Positions 1 to 10,649 of a DNA stretch of 64,000 bases are shown here, one piece after another. The first letter of the stretch is position 1. Each line of letters opens with the position of its first letter. Below the pieces are notes generated by a model. The model was given only the letters and a program-made list of their open reading frames with translations, ran no database searches and was not told the DNA's origin. The position numbers and the translations under genes are program-made. The DNA is from Candidatus Anoxychlamydiales bacterium (lineage in GTDB: Bacteria > Chlamydiota > Chlamydiia > Chlamydiales > SM23-39): positions 25,964 through 89,963 of the forward strand of contig JAAKFI010000001.1 of assembly GCA_011065125.1 (NCBI GenBank), read 5' to 3'.

Positions 1-702
1 CATTGCATGTCTAATAACATTTTTATTGTAAGCTATTAATGCATGTCCTGATTTTATTACAATATGTTTATGCGAAGTAGACAAACAGGTTTCCTCAACT
101 GCTACTTTTCCATCATTTTCTTTGCCTATTAAAGGATTTATGCCACTATTTCCAGCTATTACCAATACATCTATTTCTTTTGGAAAAATCCCTAAATGAT
201 CAAAATTCTCATAGTTCATCAATTCTCTTCCAGCTTTTTTTCCAAAAAATAGTCTAGCTAATCTATATTTTTTTAATTGCCTAGCAATTATTGCTCCTTT
301 GTTTGGTGGAGCTAAAAGAACAGCTTTTCCTATTTTTGCTTGCATAGGGCAATTAGTTTTATTTACAGCGCTTCTTAAAACCAATCCTCCCATTGAATGG
401 GTAACAAATGAGATTTTAGAACTTGGGTTTTTTTTTGAAATTAAAATTAATTTTTCAACTAAATCATCAGCTAGATCCTCTATCTTTTTTTTTCTAGATG
501 GATAGCCATAATTTAAAACATCATACCCTTTTTTCCTAAAGGCTTTGGCTATTATGATCATATTTAATTTACTTCTATAAAAACCATGAATACAAACAAC
601 AGTTTCTTTTTTTATATTTATTGGATCTTGCATTTTATTTTTTGCATAAATATTTGAATTAAAAATAATTATTAACAAAACTAATGATATTATTCTAAAC
701 AT
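1..702 (-). CDS. alpha/beta-hydrolase fold protein (putative secreted lipase/esterase), C-terminus beyond window edge
   Basis: Minus-strand frame is open from the ATG (revcomp of 700-702) to position 1 with no stop. It is missing from the ORF track, probably because it is open-ended. My translation MFRIISLVLLIIIFNSNIYA... has a signal-peptide-like N-terminus and an HSMGG (GxSxG nucleophile elbow) motif. Confidence 0.65.
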   Translation of the reverse strand, partial: MFRIISLVLLIIIFNSNIYAKNKMQDPINIKKETVVCIHGFYRSKLNMIIIAKAFRKKGYDVLNYGYPSRKKKIEDLADDLVEKLILISKKNPSSKISFVTHSMGGLVLRSAVNKTNCPMQAKIGKAVLLAPPNKGAIIARQLKKYRLARLFFGKKAGRELMNYENFDHLGIFPKEIDVLVIAGNSGINPLIGKENDGKVAVEETCLSTSHKHIVIKSGHALIAYNKNVIRHAM

Positions 703-820
703 TTTTTTTATTTATTTTTTTAACAATTATATAAAAAAACAGTAAAATTTCACACCATATTTTGACTAACATTTTCAATTATGATATTTTATAATATATT
801 TAATTAAAAAATTTAAACTT

Positions 821-3673
821 ATGAAAGACTTAAATCCAAAATATGATCCCAAATCAATAGAAGAAAAACTTTATAAATTCTGGGAAGATAATAATTTTTT
901 TAAAGCTAATGAAAATTCCACTAAAAAACCTTACACTATAGTAATCCCCCCTCCTAATGTTACCGGCAATCTGCATATGGGCCACGCCTTAGTAGATACC
1001 ATTCAAGATATTTTAATTAGATATAAAAGAATGCAGGGATACGAAGCTCTTTGGATACCAGGTACCGATCATGCAGGCATTGCAACGCAAAGCGTTGTAG
1101 AAAAACATTTAATTGCTAAATTCAAAAAAAGAAGAAAAGATTTTACAAGAGAAGAATTTTTAAAACACGTATGGCAATGGAAAGAAGAAAAAGAGAGTAA
1201 TATATTAAATCAACTAAGAAAACTTGGCTGCTCACTTGATTGGTCTAGGCAAAGATTTACAATGGATGAAAAAAGTAATTTTGCTGTTAGAAAAGTTTTT
1301 AAAAAAATGTTTGATGATGGACTTATTTACAGAGGTGATTATTTAGTAAATTGGGATCCAATAACTCAAACAGCGCTAGCTGACGATGAAGTAGAATATG
1401 AAGAAAAAGACTCTTTTCTTTGGCATTTTAAATATCCGATAAAAGATAGTAAAAAATTTATAACAATTGCAACTACAAGACCAGAGACAATGTTAGGAGA
1501 CACGGCTATTGCTGTATCTCCTAAAGATGAAAGATACCAAAAATACATTGGAAGATCTTGCATACTTCCAATTATTAATAGAGAAATTCCAATTATTGAA
1601 GATAGATATGTAGATCCATCCTTCGGATCAGGAGCTGTAAAAATAACACCTGCCCATGATTCCAATGATTATGAAATTGGTATAAGACATTCTCTTCCTA
1701 TGATAAATATCATGACTCCAGATGGCAGAATAAATGAAAATGGAAAAGAATTTTTTGGACTTTCCATGCAAAAAGCAAGAGATGCTGTAGTTGATAAAAT
1801 GAAACAGTTAAATCTACTTGAAAAAGTAGAGCCTTATAAATTAAGAGTAGGCATTTCCTATAGGTCCAAGGCTACAATACAGCCTTATTTATCAAAGCAG
1901 TGGTTTGTTAAAATGACTCCATTTAAAAACAAACTAATGTCTGCTGTTAAAGAAAATAGAGTTAAAATAATTCCCAAAAACTTTGAAGACACATATTTTC
2001 ATTGGATTAAAAATTTAAGAGACTGGTGTATATCAAGACAGCTTTGGTGGGGGCATAGAATACCTGTTTGGTATAATAAAGAAGATATGGATGTTATGCT
2101 CTGCTCTGATGATGAAACCCCTCCTAAAGAAGTTTTAGAAAATCCTGATAAATGGGTTCAAGATGAAGATGTATTAGACACTTGGTTTTCATCAGCTCTT
2201 TGGCCTTTTTCAACGCTTGGCTGGCCAGATAACACAAAAGAGCTTAAAAAGTTTTATCCTACATCTATTTTAGTAACAGGTCATGATATCTTATTTTTCT
2301 GGGTTGCTAGAATGATTTTAATGGGCGAATATGTAATGAATGATGTTCCATTTCATGAAACATTCATTCATGGGCTAATCTACGGTAAATCGTACTGGAG
2401 AGAAGAAAAAGATGGATCTATCACATATGTTAGTATAGAAGAAAAAAATAGATATGACCTTGGCGAAAAAGTTCCAAAAGACGTTTTTTCAAAATGGGAA
2501 AAAATGTCTAAATCAAAAGGAAATGTAATTGATCCAATAGAAATTATTAATGAATATGGCACAGATGCTATGAGAATAGCGCTTACATCCTCTTGCACAC
2601 ATGCAAGACAAATTGATTTAGATAGAAGAAAATTTGATGAATATAAAAACTTTTCTAATAAAATTTGGAATGCTTTTAGATTTATCTTTTTAAACCTATT
2701 TGAAAACAAAGATAAAAACTTAAGTGCTTTATCAATAAAAGATATAGAAGAAGGACTTAATTTAAAAAGTTTAACTTTAGATGATAAATGGATACTTTTT
2801 AAATTAAATGAAACAATCAATAATGAAATTAACTATTTAGAAAATAAATCTTTTGATAAAGCAGCAACTATTATTTATGACTTTTTCTGGAATGATTTTT
2901 GTGCATATTACATAGAGCTTGTAAAACCATATCTTTTTGGAAATCTAGGAGATGAAAAATTTAGAAAAAACAAACAAAAAGTACTACTTTATACCCTTTT
3001 ATCCTCTATTAGACTTATGCATCCAATAGCACCATTTATCACAGAAGAGATCTTTTCAAAAATAAAAGAATTATATCCCCTTTTAAAAATAGATGATAAA
3101 TTAGATCCATTTACACTTGATTTTATAGAAGCTATGAATAGAGATGCTTTGATTGTATCTACCTATCCAAAACCTTTGAAAAATAATATATTTGATAATG
3201 TAGATGATGATTTTAATTTTTTAAAAGATTGCATACACTCAATTAGAAATATTAGAGCTGAGATGCAAATAGCACCGCATATTAAAACTAAGCTTTATGT
3301 TTATACTACTAAAAATTCAAAAAATTTAAATCTTTTAAAAGAAAATGAAACTTTTTTATATACATTGGCAAAAGTAAAAGAAATTATTTACATTACAGAT
3401 GAAAAAGATATGACTTCTCTTAGATCTAATGCAATCTTAAAAGATCTAAAACTAATAATACCACTTCCAAAAGAACTAATAGAAAAAGAAAAAAATAGAT
3501 TAAATAAAGAAAAGATTAAATTAGAAAAACAAAATGAAGTTTTTTCAAGTAAAATAAACGATAATTCCTTTTTAGAAAAAGCACCTAAAGAAGTTGTAAG
3601 TAAGATGAAAATGAATTTTGAAGAGAATCAAAAAAAATTAAAAGAAATTGATATTAAAATGAGAACTTTTTAG
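821..3673 (+). CDS. valS: valyl-tRNA synthetase
   Basis: 950 aa. Class I aaRS HIGH-type motif (NLHMGHAL) and KMSKS motif (EKMSKSKGN). C-terminal coiled-coil typical of ValRS. Confidence 0.95.
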   Translation: MKDLNPKYDPKSIEEKLYKFWEDNNFFKANENSTKKPYTIVIPPPNVTGNLHMGHALVDTIQDILIRYKRMQGYEALWIPGTDHAGIATQSVVEKHLIAKFKKRRKDFTREEFLKHVWQWKEEKESNILNQLRKLGCSLDWSRQRFTMDEKSNFAVRKVFKKMFDDGLIYRGDYLVNWDPITQTALADDEVEYEEKDSFLWHFKYPIKDSKKFITIATTRPETMLGDTAIAVSPKDERYQKYIGRSCILPIINREIPIIEDRYVDPSFGSGAVKITPAHDSNDYEIGIRHSLPMINIMTPDGRINENGKEFFGLSMQKARDAVVDKMKQLNLLEKVEPYKLRVGISYRSKATIQPYLSKQWFVKMTPFKNKLMSAVKENRVKIIPKNFEDTYFHWIKNLRDWCISRQLWWGHRIPVWYNKEDMDVMLCSDDETPPKEVLENPDKWVQDEDVLDTWFSSALWPFSTLGWPDNTKELKKFYPTSILVTGHDILFFWVARMILMGEYVMNDVPFHETFIHGLIYGKSYWREEKDGSITYVSIEEKNRYDLGEKVPKDVFSKWEKMSKSKGNVIDPIEIINEYGTDAMRIALTSSCTHARQIDLDRRKFDEYKNFSNKIWNAFRFIFLNLFENKDKNLSALSIKDIEEGLNLKSLTLDDKWILFKLNETINNEINYLENKSFDKAATIIYDFFWNDFCAYYIELVKPYLFGNLGDEKFRKNKQKVLLYTLLSSIRLMHPIAPFITEEIFSKIKELYPLLKIDDKLDPFTLDFIEAMNRDALIVSTYPKPLKNNIFDNVDDDFNFLKDCIHSIRNIRAEMQIAPHIKTKLYVYTTKNSKNLNLLKENETFLYTLAKVKEIIYITDEKDMTSLRSNAILKDLKLIIPLPKELIEKEKNRLNKEKIKLEKQNEVFSSKINDNSFLEKAPKEVVSKMKMNFEENQKKLKEIDIKMRTF

Positions 3674-3687
3674 ATATTAAAAAAATA

Positions 3688-4347
3688 TTACTTTTTTACT
3701 GGAGATTTCAAATCTAAGATAATTTTTAAATATTTCTCATAATAAGGATGTTTTATTAATTCATCAAATAAATTAGCTTTATCATTTTTATCTGTTGAAG
3801 CATTATGTTTTTTCAAAAGTTTCTCAAATTGATATTTAGACAAGCCGGGATCTGAATCTGTCGTATCCTGCGTTGCAGGGTCAAACTGCAGTTCATCTTC
3901 TATTTCTATAGAAAAAGGAATTGGACTAGATGAACTTATTATACTTGATGCACAACTAGGCGTAGGACTAGGAGTTGTTGATTGCAATGTATCTTTTGGA
4001 GGGGTTATTGGATATTGTCTGCTTTCCCAAAATAATGCATTAGTTCTTTTTGAAGTATTAGTTCCTTTTGGAAATTCACCTTTGGTTTCTTTAAAAATTG
4101 TTGCTCTTATTCCTTCCATTTCAGGTTCTTCAATCAACCATGTTAAACCAAAATAATCTTTTAAGTATTTCAATGAATTATTGAAAACATTTTTTATATT
4201 TTCATTTGTTTCATCCAACCTACTTAAAAAGCCGTTAAAACACATATTAAAAGCATAAACTTTTCTTTCAAAAAAATTACGCTCCTTAACGGGAATAAAT
4301 TCTCGTTTTTTTAAAGTATCGTATTCTGTTGTCCATCTTTCTAACAT
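3688..4347 (-). CDS. hypothetical protein with central Ser/Thr/Pro-rich low-complexity segment (effector candidate)
   Basis: 219-aa ORF with no signal peptide or TM segment. Contains the tract TPPKDTLQSTTPSPTPSCASSIISSSSPIP. No family recognised. An extended -10-like TGTTATAAT lies upstream (4405-4413, minus). Confidence 0.5.
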   Translation of the reverse strand: MLERWTTEYDTLKKREFIPVKERNFFERKVYAFNMCFNGFLSRLDETNENIKNVFNNSLKYLKDYFGLTWLIEEPEMEGIRATIFKETKGEFPKGTNTSKRTNALFWESRQYPITPPKDTLQSTTPSPTPSCASSIISSSSPIPFSIEIEDELQFDPATQDTTDSDPGLSKYQFEKLLKKHNASTDKNDKANLFDELIKHPYYEKYLKIILDLKSPVKK

Positions 4348-4553
4348 AAATTATTGCTCTTATTTGTTATAATTGTATTAATAGTAATTTATCCTTATAA
4401 GTTAATTATAACATATTTGTAATTATAATTAAATAGTTTATAAAAATAATATTTTAATTAATGTTTTTTTAAATAGTTAATTATTAGATGTTTATGCAAA
4501 AAGTTGAGATAACTTATGAATAGGATACTTATAACACCTTGAAAATCAATTGT

Positions 4554-5924
4554 TTATTTTTGAAATAAGCTTTTATCTTTAGTATGTTTTAAAAGAAAAT
4601 AGCTTTTTGTCTCATCTAAAACTACTTTAGATAACAAAAAGATAGCTATAATATTAAAAATTGCCATAAGCCCATTGAATATATCAGCAAGTGGCCAAAC
4701 TACTTTAATGCTAAGCATAGCCCCTAAAAATGACACTAATACAAAAACAATTCTAAGCATGAAAAATTTTTGATTTTTAAAAACATATTCAAAGCATTTT
4801 TCTACGTAATAAGCGTAACCTAAAATAGTAGTAAATCCAAATAGTATAACACATATTCCGACTATATAATTTCCATAAATTATATGTTTTGAAAAAGCCT
4901 TCATTACAAGAGGAGCTCCGTTGATAAAATTCCCACTTAGATCTTTTATTCCAACTACATTTGTGCACATAAGTAAAAGTACTGTAATTGTACAAACTAC
5001 AAAAGTAGATAAAAAAACAGAAGATATAGAAATTAATGCTTGTTTAGCAGGTTCATTAGTTTTAGCAGCGCTAGATGCAATAGCTGCAGTTCCAAGGCCC
5101 GCTTCATTAGAAGCGATGCCTCTCGCCACCCCTATTTGAATAGCGCTCATAATACCCGCTCCAAATGAACCTACGGCCATTGCTTTAGTATTAAAGGCGC
5201 TTTTAAAAATTAAAAAAAAGGAAGGTATTATCATTTGATAGTTTATAGCAATTATGTAAATAGCACCTGATAAATATAAAATTGCCATAATTGGTACTAG
5301 ATAAGAATTTATTTTTCCTAAATTTTTAATACCTTTAATTATTGAAATAAATGCAAAAAAAGAAATTAGAAGACCTGTAATAACGTGAGGGATATTAAAC
5401 AATTCATGAACACTATCCGAAATAGTTTGGCTTTGTATTAGATTGCCTCCACAAAAAGATGCTAAAATTCCAAAAATAGCAAAGCCATAGGATAAGATAT
5501 TTGAGTTAAGGCCATGCTTTATGTAATACATTGGCCCACCCGCTATTTTATTATTTTTGATTTGCCTATATTTTACAGCTAGGATTGCTTCAGAGTATCT
5601 TGCAGCCATTAATATTAAAGATACTATCCACATCCAAAAAATAGAGCCATAGCCACCTGCTAAAATAGTAGTCGCCATACCAGCAATACTACCTATTCCA
5701 ATAGTTCCTGCAAGAGATGTCATTAAAGCTCCAAAATGAGATATTTCTCCTACTCCCTCGTCTTTATGTTTAGAAAAAGCAAGTTTTAAGGATAAAAAAA
5801 AGTATCTAAATTGAAGTCCCTTTAATTTTATTGTAAGATATAACCCTACAAATATTAGTGGATATATTAAAAAAATATTCCAGAGATAAAAATCTATTTT
5901 TTCTAAAAAATATACTATATTCAA
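4554..5924 (-). CDS. alanine/glycine:cation (sodium:alanine) symporter, AGCS family
   Basis: 456 aa, polytopic. N-terminal pattern GEISHFGALMTSLAGTIGIGSIAGMATTILAGGYGSIFWMW and GGPMYY are typical of AGCS/AlsT-type carriers. Confidence 0.8.
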   Translation of the reverse strand: MNIVYFLEKIDFYLWNIFLIYPLIFVGLYLTIKLKGLQFRYFFLSLKLAFSKHKDEGVGEISHFGALMTSLAGTIGIGSIAGMATTILAGGYGSIFWMWIVSLILMAARYSEAILAVKYRQIKNNKIAGGPMYYIKHGLNSNILSYGFAIFGILASFCGGNLIQSQTISDSVHELFNIPHVITGLLISFFAFISIIKGIKNLGKINSYLVPIMAILYLSGAIYIIAINYQMIIPSFFLIFKSAFNTKAMAVGSFGAGIMSAIQIGVARGIASNEAGLGTAAIASSAAKTNEPAKQALISISSVFLSTFVVCTITVLLLMCTNVVGIKDLSGNFINGAPLVMKAFSKHIIYGNYIVGICVILFGFTTILGYAYYVEKCFEYVFKNQKFFMLRIVFVLVSFLGAMLSIKVVWPLADIFNGLMAIFNIIAIFLLSKVVLDETKSYFLLKHTKDKSLFQK

Positions 5925-6826
5925 ATCAACCCTTCTTGAGTTAGGAACTCTTTTACAAGATTATATATATATTTCTGTTTTTCATCTGCTAGATAATTTA
6001 AATATCTAATTTTTTCATTTGTTATTTTATTTTCTAAATTTTTAAATATTTTTTTTAATTTTGGAAATTTTTTATAAATATTATTATTTGCTAAAATAGC
6101 GCAGTTATATGAAGAAAATACTTTTTTATCATCTTCTAAAATTAAAAAATTAAAAGTTTTGATCTTTGAATCTGTTGAAAAACCATTTGTTACATCTATA
6201 ATATTGTTAGATAAAGTAAGATAAGTGAGCGACTGATCCATTAATTTATATGTACTATTAAAATTATAAGATTTTTTTAAGATATCAAACTCTTTTCTAA
6301 TTGAATATTCTGGAGTAAATGCAAACATTAGTTTTTTTTGATTTTTAAAAAGATCGCTTAGAGTTTTAATGTTATATTTTTTTGAAAGATTTTCATTTAT
6401 CAAAATAGAGTATGAATTTTCAAACCCAAGAGGAAATAAAAAAGAAATATTATATTTCTCTAAAAAAGTTTTATTTAAATAATCTATTGCTTTTACTTTA
6501 TCTTTGATTATATCTTCTTTTAAAATGGCAATAAGTGCAGTTCCCGTATATTCAGAATATAGATCAATTGCTTTTGACTTTAGAGCTTCAAAACATATAA
6601 AAGTGCCTTCTAAATTAAACTTTCTTTTTACTTTTATATCTGAGGTGTTTTGGATATATTGAACTAAAATTTCAGATACTATTTGAGATTCTGTGCAATT
6701 TTTAGATCCAATAATTAAATAATCTTTTCTACCTAAAACTTGAAAAGTATTAATTGTTATAAACAAAAGAAGAATACTAAAAGAAAAAATTAGAAATAAA
6801 AAAAATCTTTTTTTTAAAAGTTGCAT
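5921..6826 (-). CDS. osmoprotectant (glycine betaine/choline/carnitine) ABC transporter substrate-binding protein, OpuCC-like
   Basis: 301 aa with N-terminal signal/anchor. IGSKNCTESQIVSEIL...DLYSEYTGTAL resembles the OpuAC-fold binding proteins. Lies in an operon with a permease and an ATPase. Confidence 0.75.
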   Translation of the reverse strand: MQLLKKRFFLFLIFSFSILLLFITINTFQVLGRKDYLIIGSKNCTESQIVSEILVQYIQNTSDIKVKRKFNLEGTFICFEALKSKAIDLYSEYTGTALIAILKEDIIKDKVKAIDYLNKTFLEKYNISFLFPLGFENSYSILINENLSKKYNIKTLSDLFKNQKKLMFAFTPEYSIRKEFDILKKSYNFNSTYKLMDQSLTYLTLSNNIIDVTNGFSTDSKIKTFNFLILEDDKKVFSSYNCAILANNNIYKKFPKLKKIFKNLENKITNEKIRYLNYLADEKQKYIYNLVKEFLTQEGLI

Positions 6827-6828
6827 AA

Positions 6829-7488
6829 TTATAAATGATTTGGAGTTAAATATTTTGATAGTTTTATAAAGAAATGATCCATAGTAACTGCTAAAATAGC
6901 AGTTGGAATAGTACCTTTTAAAATTAGATCTATTTGCATAGATCTAAGACCTTGCATGATAAGATCCCCAAAGCCACCAGAGCCTACTAGTGATGTTAAA
7001 GTAGCAGAAGAGATTGTCCAAATTAAAGATATTCTAATTCCTGTAATTATGTAGGGAATAGATTTTGGAAGTTCTACATAAAAAAGAATTTGTTTGCTTG
7101 TCATGCCAAGAGCTTTAGCTACATCTTTTAAAATAGGATCTACATTTTTTATAGATTGCACTGTATTTGCTAAAATAGGAAGGATCGCATATGTAGATAA
7201 AACTAATATACCTGGAAAAAAACCAATAGTTGGCAGGTGTATAAAATTTCTAATAGAGACCATTATAACTATTAAAAGAGCAATTAATGCAAGCGATGGA
7301 ATCGTTTGTATTATAGAGCATATTTTTAAGATTAATGAAGATGTTTTTTGGAATCTAGATTTAGCAAGTATAATTCCAAGTGGAATAGATATCATCATAG
7401 CAATTAAAATAGAGTAAATACTAAGTTGTATATGCTCAAATAATTTTAATAAAATATAACTGGAAAAAAAACTTTTAAAAAAAATCAT
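6829..7488 (-). CDS. osmoprotectant ABC transporter permease, OpuCB/CD-like
   Basis: 219-aa polytopic protein of BPD-transporter type, located between the binding protein and the ATPase. Confidence 0.75.
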   Translation of the reverse strand: MIFFKSFFSSYILLKLFEHIQLSIYSILIAMMISIPLGIILAKSRFQKTSSLILKICSIIQTIPSLALIALLIVIMVSIRNFIHLPTIGFFPGILVLSTYAILPILANTVQSIKNVDPILKDVAKALGMTSKQILFYVELPKSIPYIITGIRISLIWTISSATLTSLVGSGGFGDLIMQGLRSMQIDLILKGTIPTAILAVTMDHFFIKLSKYLTPNHL

Positions 7489-7502
7489 ATTTTATTTTTA
7501 TC

Positions 7503-8450
7503 CTATAAAATTTCAAATATTGAATTTAGTAGTTTATTTTTTTCAAGAGATCCTATTAGTTTATTATTATCATAAACAGGCAAGATATTTTTTTTACTTT
7601 TTTTAAATTTATCCAAAGCATCGATTATTGATGATTTTGAAACTAAATAATTTTTTTTATCTTCCGGGAAATTTTTATTTTGGGAAATTAAATTATCTAT
7701 AACATTTGTTTTTAAAGATAGTTGGAATTTATGTTCTTTAAAAAACTGTTTTACAAATTCATTTTTTGGATTTTCTATTAAATTATAAGGAGTGTCTATT
7801 TGTATAATTTCACCTTTATCCATTAATGCTATTTTATCCGCCATTTTAACAGCTTCAAAAACATCGTGAGTTACAAAAATTACTGTTTTTTTTATGTAAG
7901 ATTCAAGCTTTAAAAAATCATTTTGTATCTGCTCTCTAATTATTGGATCTAAAGCTCCAAAAGGTTCATCCATTAAAATAATATCAGGATCAGATGCAAT
8001 GGCTCTAGCCACTCCTATTCTTTGTTTTTCACCACCTGATAGTTCTTTTGGGTATCTTTTATGATATTTTATTGGATCAAATCCCATTAAATCTAAAAGA
8101 TAAAAAACTCTTTTTTTTATTTTATCTTCCTTCCATTTAAGGAGGTTTAAAACAATTGCTATATTTTCATAAACGCTCATGTAATTAAAAAGACCGATAG
8201 ATTGGATGGCATATCCAATATTTCTTCTTAAATTAATAGGATTAAAATTTTTAATATTTTCATTGTTTATTAAGATATTGCCGCTTGTTGGATCTATTAA
8301 TCTATTTATCATCCTCATTGTAGTAGTTTTACCACAGCCACTAGTGCCAAGAAGAACTAAAGTCTCACCTTTTTTAACTTCAAATGAGACATCCTTTACG
8401 GATACAATATTTTTTTTAAAGATCTTAGTTACTTTTTCAAATTTGATCAA
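7503..8450 (-). CDS. osmoprotectant ABC transporter ATP-binding protein, OpuCA-like
   Basis: Walker A GTSGCGKTT, signature LSGGEKQRI, Walker B IILMDEPF. The C-terminal extension is consistent with a CBS-type regulatory tail. Confidence 0.85.
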   Translation of the reverse strand: MIKFEKVTKIFKKNIVSVKDVSFEVKKGETLVLLGTSGCGKTTTMRMINRLIDPTSGNILINNENIKNFNPINLRRNIGYAIQSIGLFNYMSVYENIAIVLNLLKWKEDKIKKRVFYLLDLMGFDPIKYHKRYPKELSGGEKQRIGVARAIASDPDIILMDEPFGALDPIIREQIQNDFLKLESYIKKTVIFVTHDVFEAVKMADKIALMDKGEIIQIDTPYNLIENPKNEFVKQFFKEHKFQLSLKTNVIDNLISQNKNFPEDKKNYLVSKSSIIDALDKFKKSKKNILPVYDNNKLIGSLEKNKLLNSIFEIL

Positions 8451-8520
8451 AATAAATTACTCTTTAATTTAGATAGAAACAATGTTAAATTACTTATAAA
8501 AAAAGTCAAGTTTTAGCCTT

Positions 8521-9510
8521 ATGTTTATAGAAAAGCTTTTAACTATAAGTAATATTAAAAAAAAATATTTATTAAGTGACTTTGATAAAAAGTTTATTGA
8601 AAGAGCAAGAAAAAAAGCTAAAAATATTTTTTTAAAAAAAAATAAAAAAATAGCAATTATTGTAGGACCATGTTCTATTCATAATTTTAATGAAGCTATC
8701 CTTTATGCAAAAAAACTAAAAGAACTCCAAGATGAAGTGGGTGATAAGTTTTTTTTAGTTATGAGGGTATACTTTGAAAAAGCTAGATCAAAAAATTCAT
8801 GGAAAGGATTTGTAAATGATCCATTTTTAGATGGATCTAATGACATTAAAAAAGGAATTGAATTAACTAGAAAACTATTAATTGAAATTACTAAATTGAA
8901 TATTCCAATAGCTTGTGAAATATTAGATATAAATATATTTAATTATTTTGATGATTTAATAACTTGGGGATTTATTGGAGCTAGAACTGTAGAGTCTCAA
9001 AGTCATAGACAATTAGCTTCATCCATGCCTTTTGTTGTTGGATTTAAAAATCCAACTAGTGGAGATATTTCAAAAGCTAAAAATGCTGTTGATATTTCAA
9101 AAAATCAAAATACATTTATCAAAACAGATGAAAACTCAAAACTTTCAATTTTTAAATCCCAAGGTAATTTATATTCTCATATAGTTTTAAGAGGAAGTGA
9201 CAGAGAAAGTAATTATAAAATGTTAGAAAATATTGAAAATTATAAAGTAATGGTCGATGCATCTCATGGAAACTCTAATAAAGACTATAAAAAACAAATA
9301 GATGTTTTTAATTATGTGATTTCTAAAACCAATAATCAAAATTTAATAGGAATAATGCTAGAGAGTAATCTAGAAGAAAGAAATCAAAAATTAGATTTTT
9401 TGAATTTAAGATTTGGGATATCTGTTACAGATGAATGTTTAAGTTTTTTAGAAACAAAAAAAATAATCTTATCTTCTTATAAAAAATCATCTAATAACAC
9501 TTACATCTAA
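8521..9510 (+). CDS. aroG: 3-deoxy-7-phosphoheptulonate (DAHP) synthase, class I
   Basis: Aligns by eye along its length with E. coli AroG: IVGPCSIH, MRVYFEKARS..WKG, IGARTVESQSHRQLAS, GFKNPTSG, VDASHGNS. Confidence 0.9.
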   Translation: MFIEKLLTISNIKKKYLLSDFDKKFIERARKKAKNIFLKKNKKIAIIVGPCSIHNFNEAILYAKKLKELQDEVGDKFFLVMRVYFEKARSKNSWKGFVNDPFLDGSNDIKKGIELTRKLLIEITKLNIPIACEILDINIFNYFDDLITWGFIGARTVESQSHRQLASSMPFVVGFKNPTSGDISKAKNAVDISKNQNTFIKTDENSKLSIFKSQGNLYSHIVLRGSDRESNYKMLENIENYKVMVDASHGNSNKDYKKQIDVFNYVISKTNNQNLIGIMLESNLEERNQKLDFLNLRFGISVTDECLSFLETKKIILSSYKKSSNNTYI

Positions 9511-9957
9511 ATCTATTTCTTTAATATCTTTATGTTCGTTGATATCGATGAGTGGTTTGTAAAATTGATGCTTCCACTCTTCAACTAATTCTTTATCTTC
9601 ATTTATTACTTCAACTTTATAAGTTAAGATCTTTGTTTCTTTTCCATCAATGGTATTAAACTTAAAAATTTGATATCCTCTTTTTCTATCAATTTTTTTT
9701 ACAAAAACATTTTGTTTGTTATCCCAAAATCTAACTGTTACAATCATTGTTAAATTTTCTCTAAACATACTAAGAGGAAAATCCCAACTAACAGATAATT
9801 TTTGTCCACTTGGAGGATTTAATAAATTAGGATCCGGTGTATTTACATGATAGGATGCTAAATCTGCTATATCCATTTTTTCATGTTGAACATATAAATG
9901 ATCTTTATAACATGAGCTTAAAACAAAAAAAGCTATAATTAAGATGTACTTTTTCAC
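9487..9957 (-). CDS. hypothetical lipoprotein
   Basis: 156 aa. N-terminus MKKYILIIAFFVLSSC has a lipobox-like LSSC. Confidence 0.5.
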   Translation of the reverse strand: MKKYILIIAFFVLSSCYKDHLYVQHEKMDIADLASYHVNTPDPNLLNPPSGQKLSVSWDFPLSMFRENLTMIVTVRFWDNKQNVFVKKIDRKRGYQIFKFNTIDGKETKILTYKVEVINEDKELVEEWKHQFYKPLIDINEHKDIKEIDLDVSVIR

Positions 9958-10010
9958 AAATATATTTTAATCTTTTATTAAAATACTATCACTATTAGTT
10001 TTTTAGTTCT

Positions 10011-10517
10011 ATGGATATCAAAGATCAAAGTGTAATATCTGTTTGTTTTTCAGATGATAGAAAACAAGTTTTATTAATAAAAAGAAGAGATGTCCCTGTT
10101 TGGGTACTGCCAGGTGGTGCTATAGAAGAAAATGAATCTTTTGAAGAAGCATGCGAAAGAGAAACTTTTGAAGAGACCGGGTATCAAGTTAAAATTTTAA
10201 AAAAAGTAGCTGAATATACTCCTATTAATAAGCTTTCAAAATATACTCATTTTTATGAGTGTCAAATAATTTCTGGAAAAGCAAAAATTACAGATGAATC
10301 AAAAGATATTAAATTTTTTAATATAGATAACCTTCCTAAAAGACTCCCTCCCCCATATCCTTATTGGATTGAAGATGCTTTTTTAAATAAAAAATTTATT
10401 ATTAAAAAAAAGATTTTCTCTGTAAATTACAGATCTTTAATTTTAAATCTTCTAAAGCATCCAATTTTAGTAATTAGATTTTTACTTACTAAAATAGGGC
10501 TTACTATCAATACATAA
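10011..10517 (+). CDS. NUDIX hydrolase
   Basis: Nudix box GGAIEENESFEEACERETFEETG (Gx5Ex7REUxEExGU). Confidence 0.85.
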   Translation: MDIKDQSVISVCFSDDRKQVLLIKRRDVPVWVLPGGAIEENESFEEACERETFEETGYQVKILKKVAEYTPINKLSKYTHFYECQIISGKAKITDESKDIKFFNIDNLPKRLPPPYPYWIEDAFLNKKFIIKKKIFSVNYRSLILNLLKHPILVIRFLLTKIGLTINT

Positions 10518-10649
10518 TTTAATAAATAATTAAATTATTTAAATTGTTAATTAATTCCTTATTATTGAATCTTTTTCATAAATTATATATAATTATATAA
10601 TACTTAGTTAATTATTAATAATAGATAATGCAAATATAAGGTAGTAATT

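Noticed and set aside
299-505. 68-aa plus-strand ORF from the track
   Set aside because: It lies antisense inside the open-ended alpha/beta-hydrolase frame (1-702, minus), which has a real GxSxG motif. The plus-strand product is low-complexity with no motif.
1366-2820. Minus-strand ORFs 1366-1665 and 2380-2820
   Set aside because: Both lie entirely antisense within valS. They are typical shadow ORFs of an AT-rich gene.
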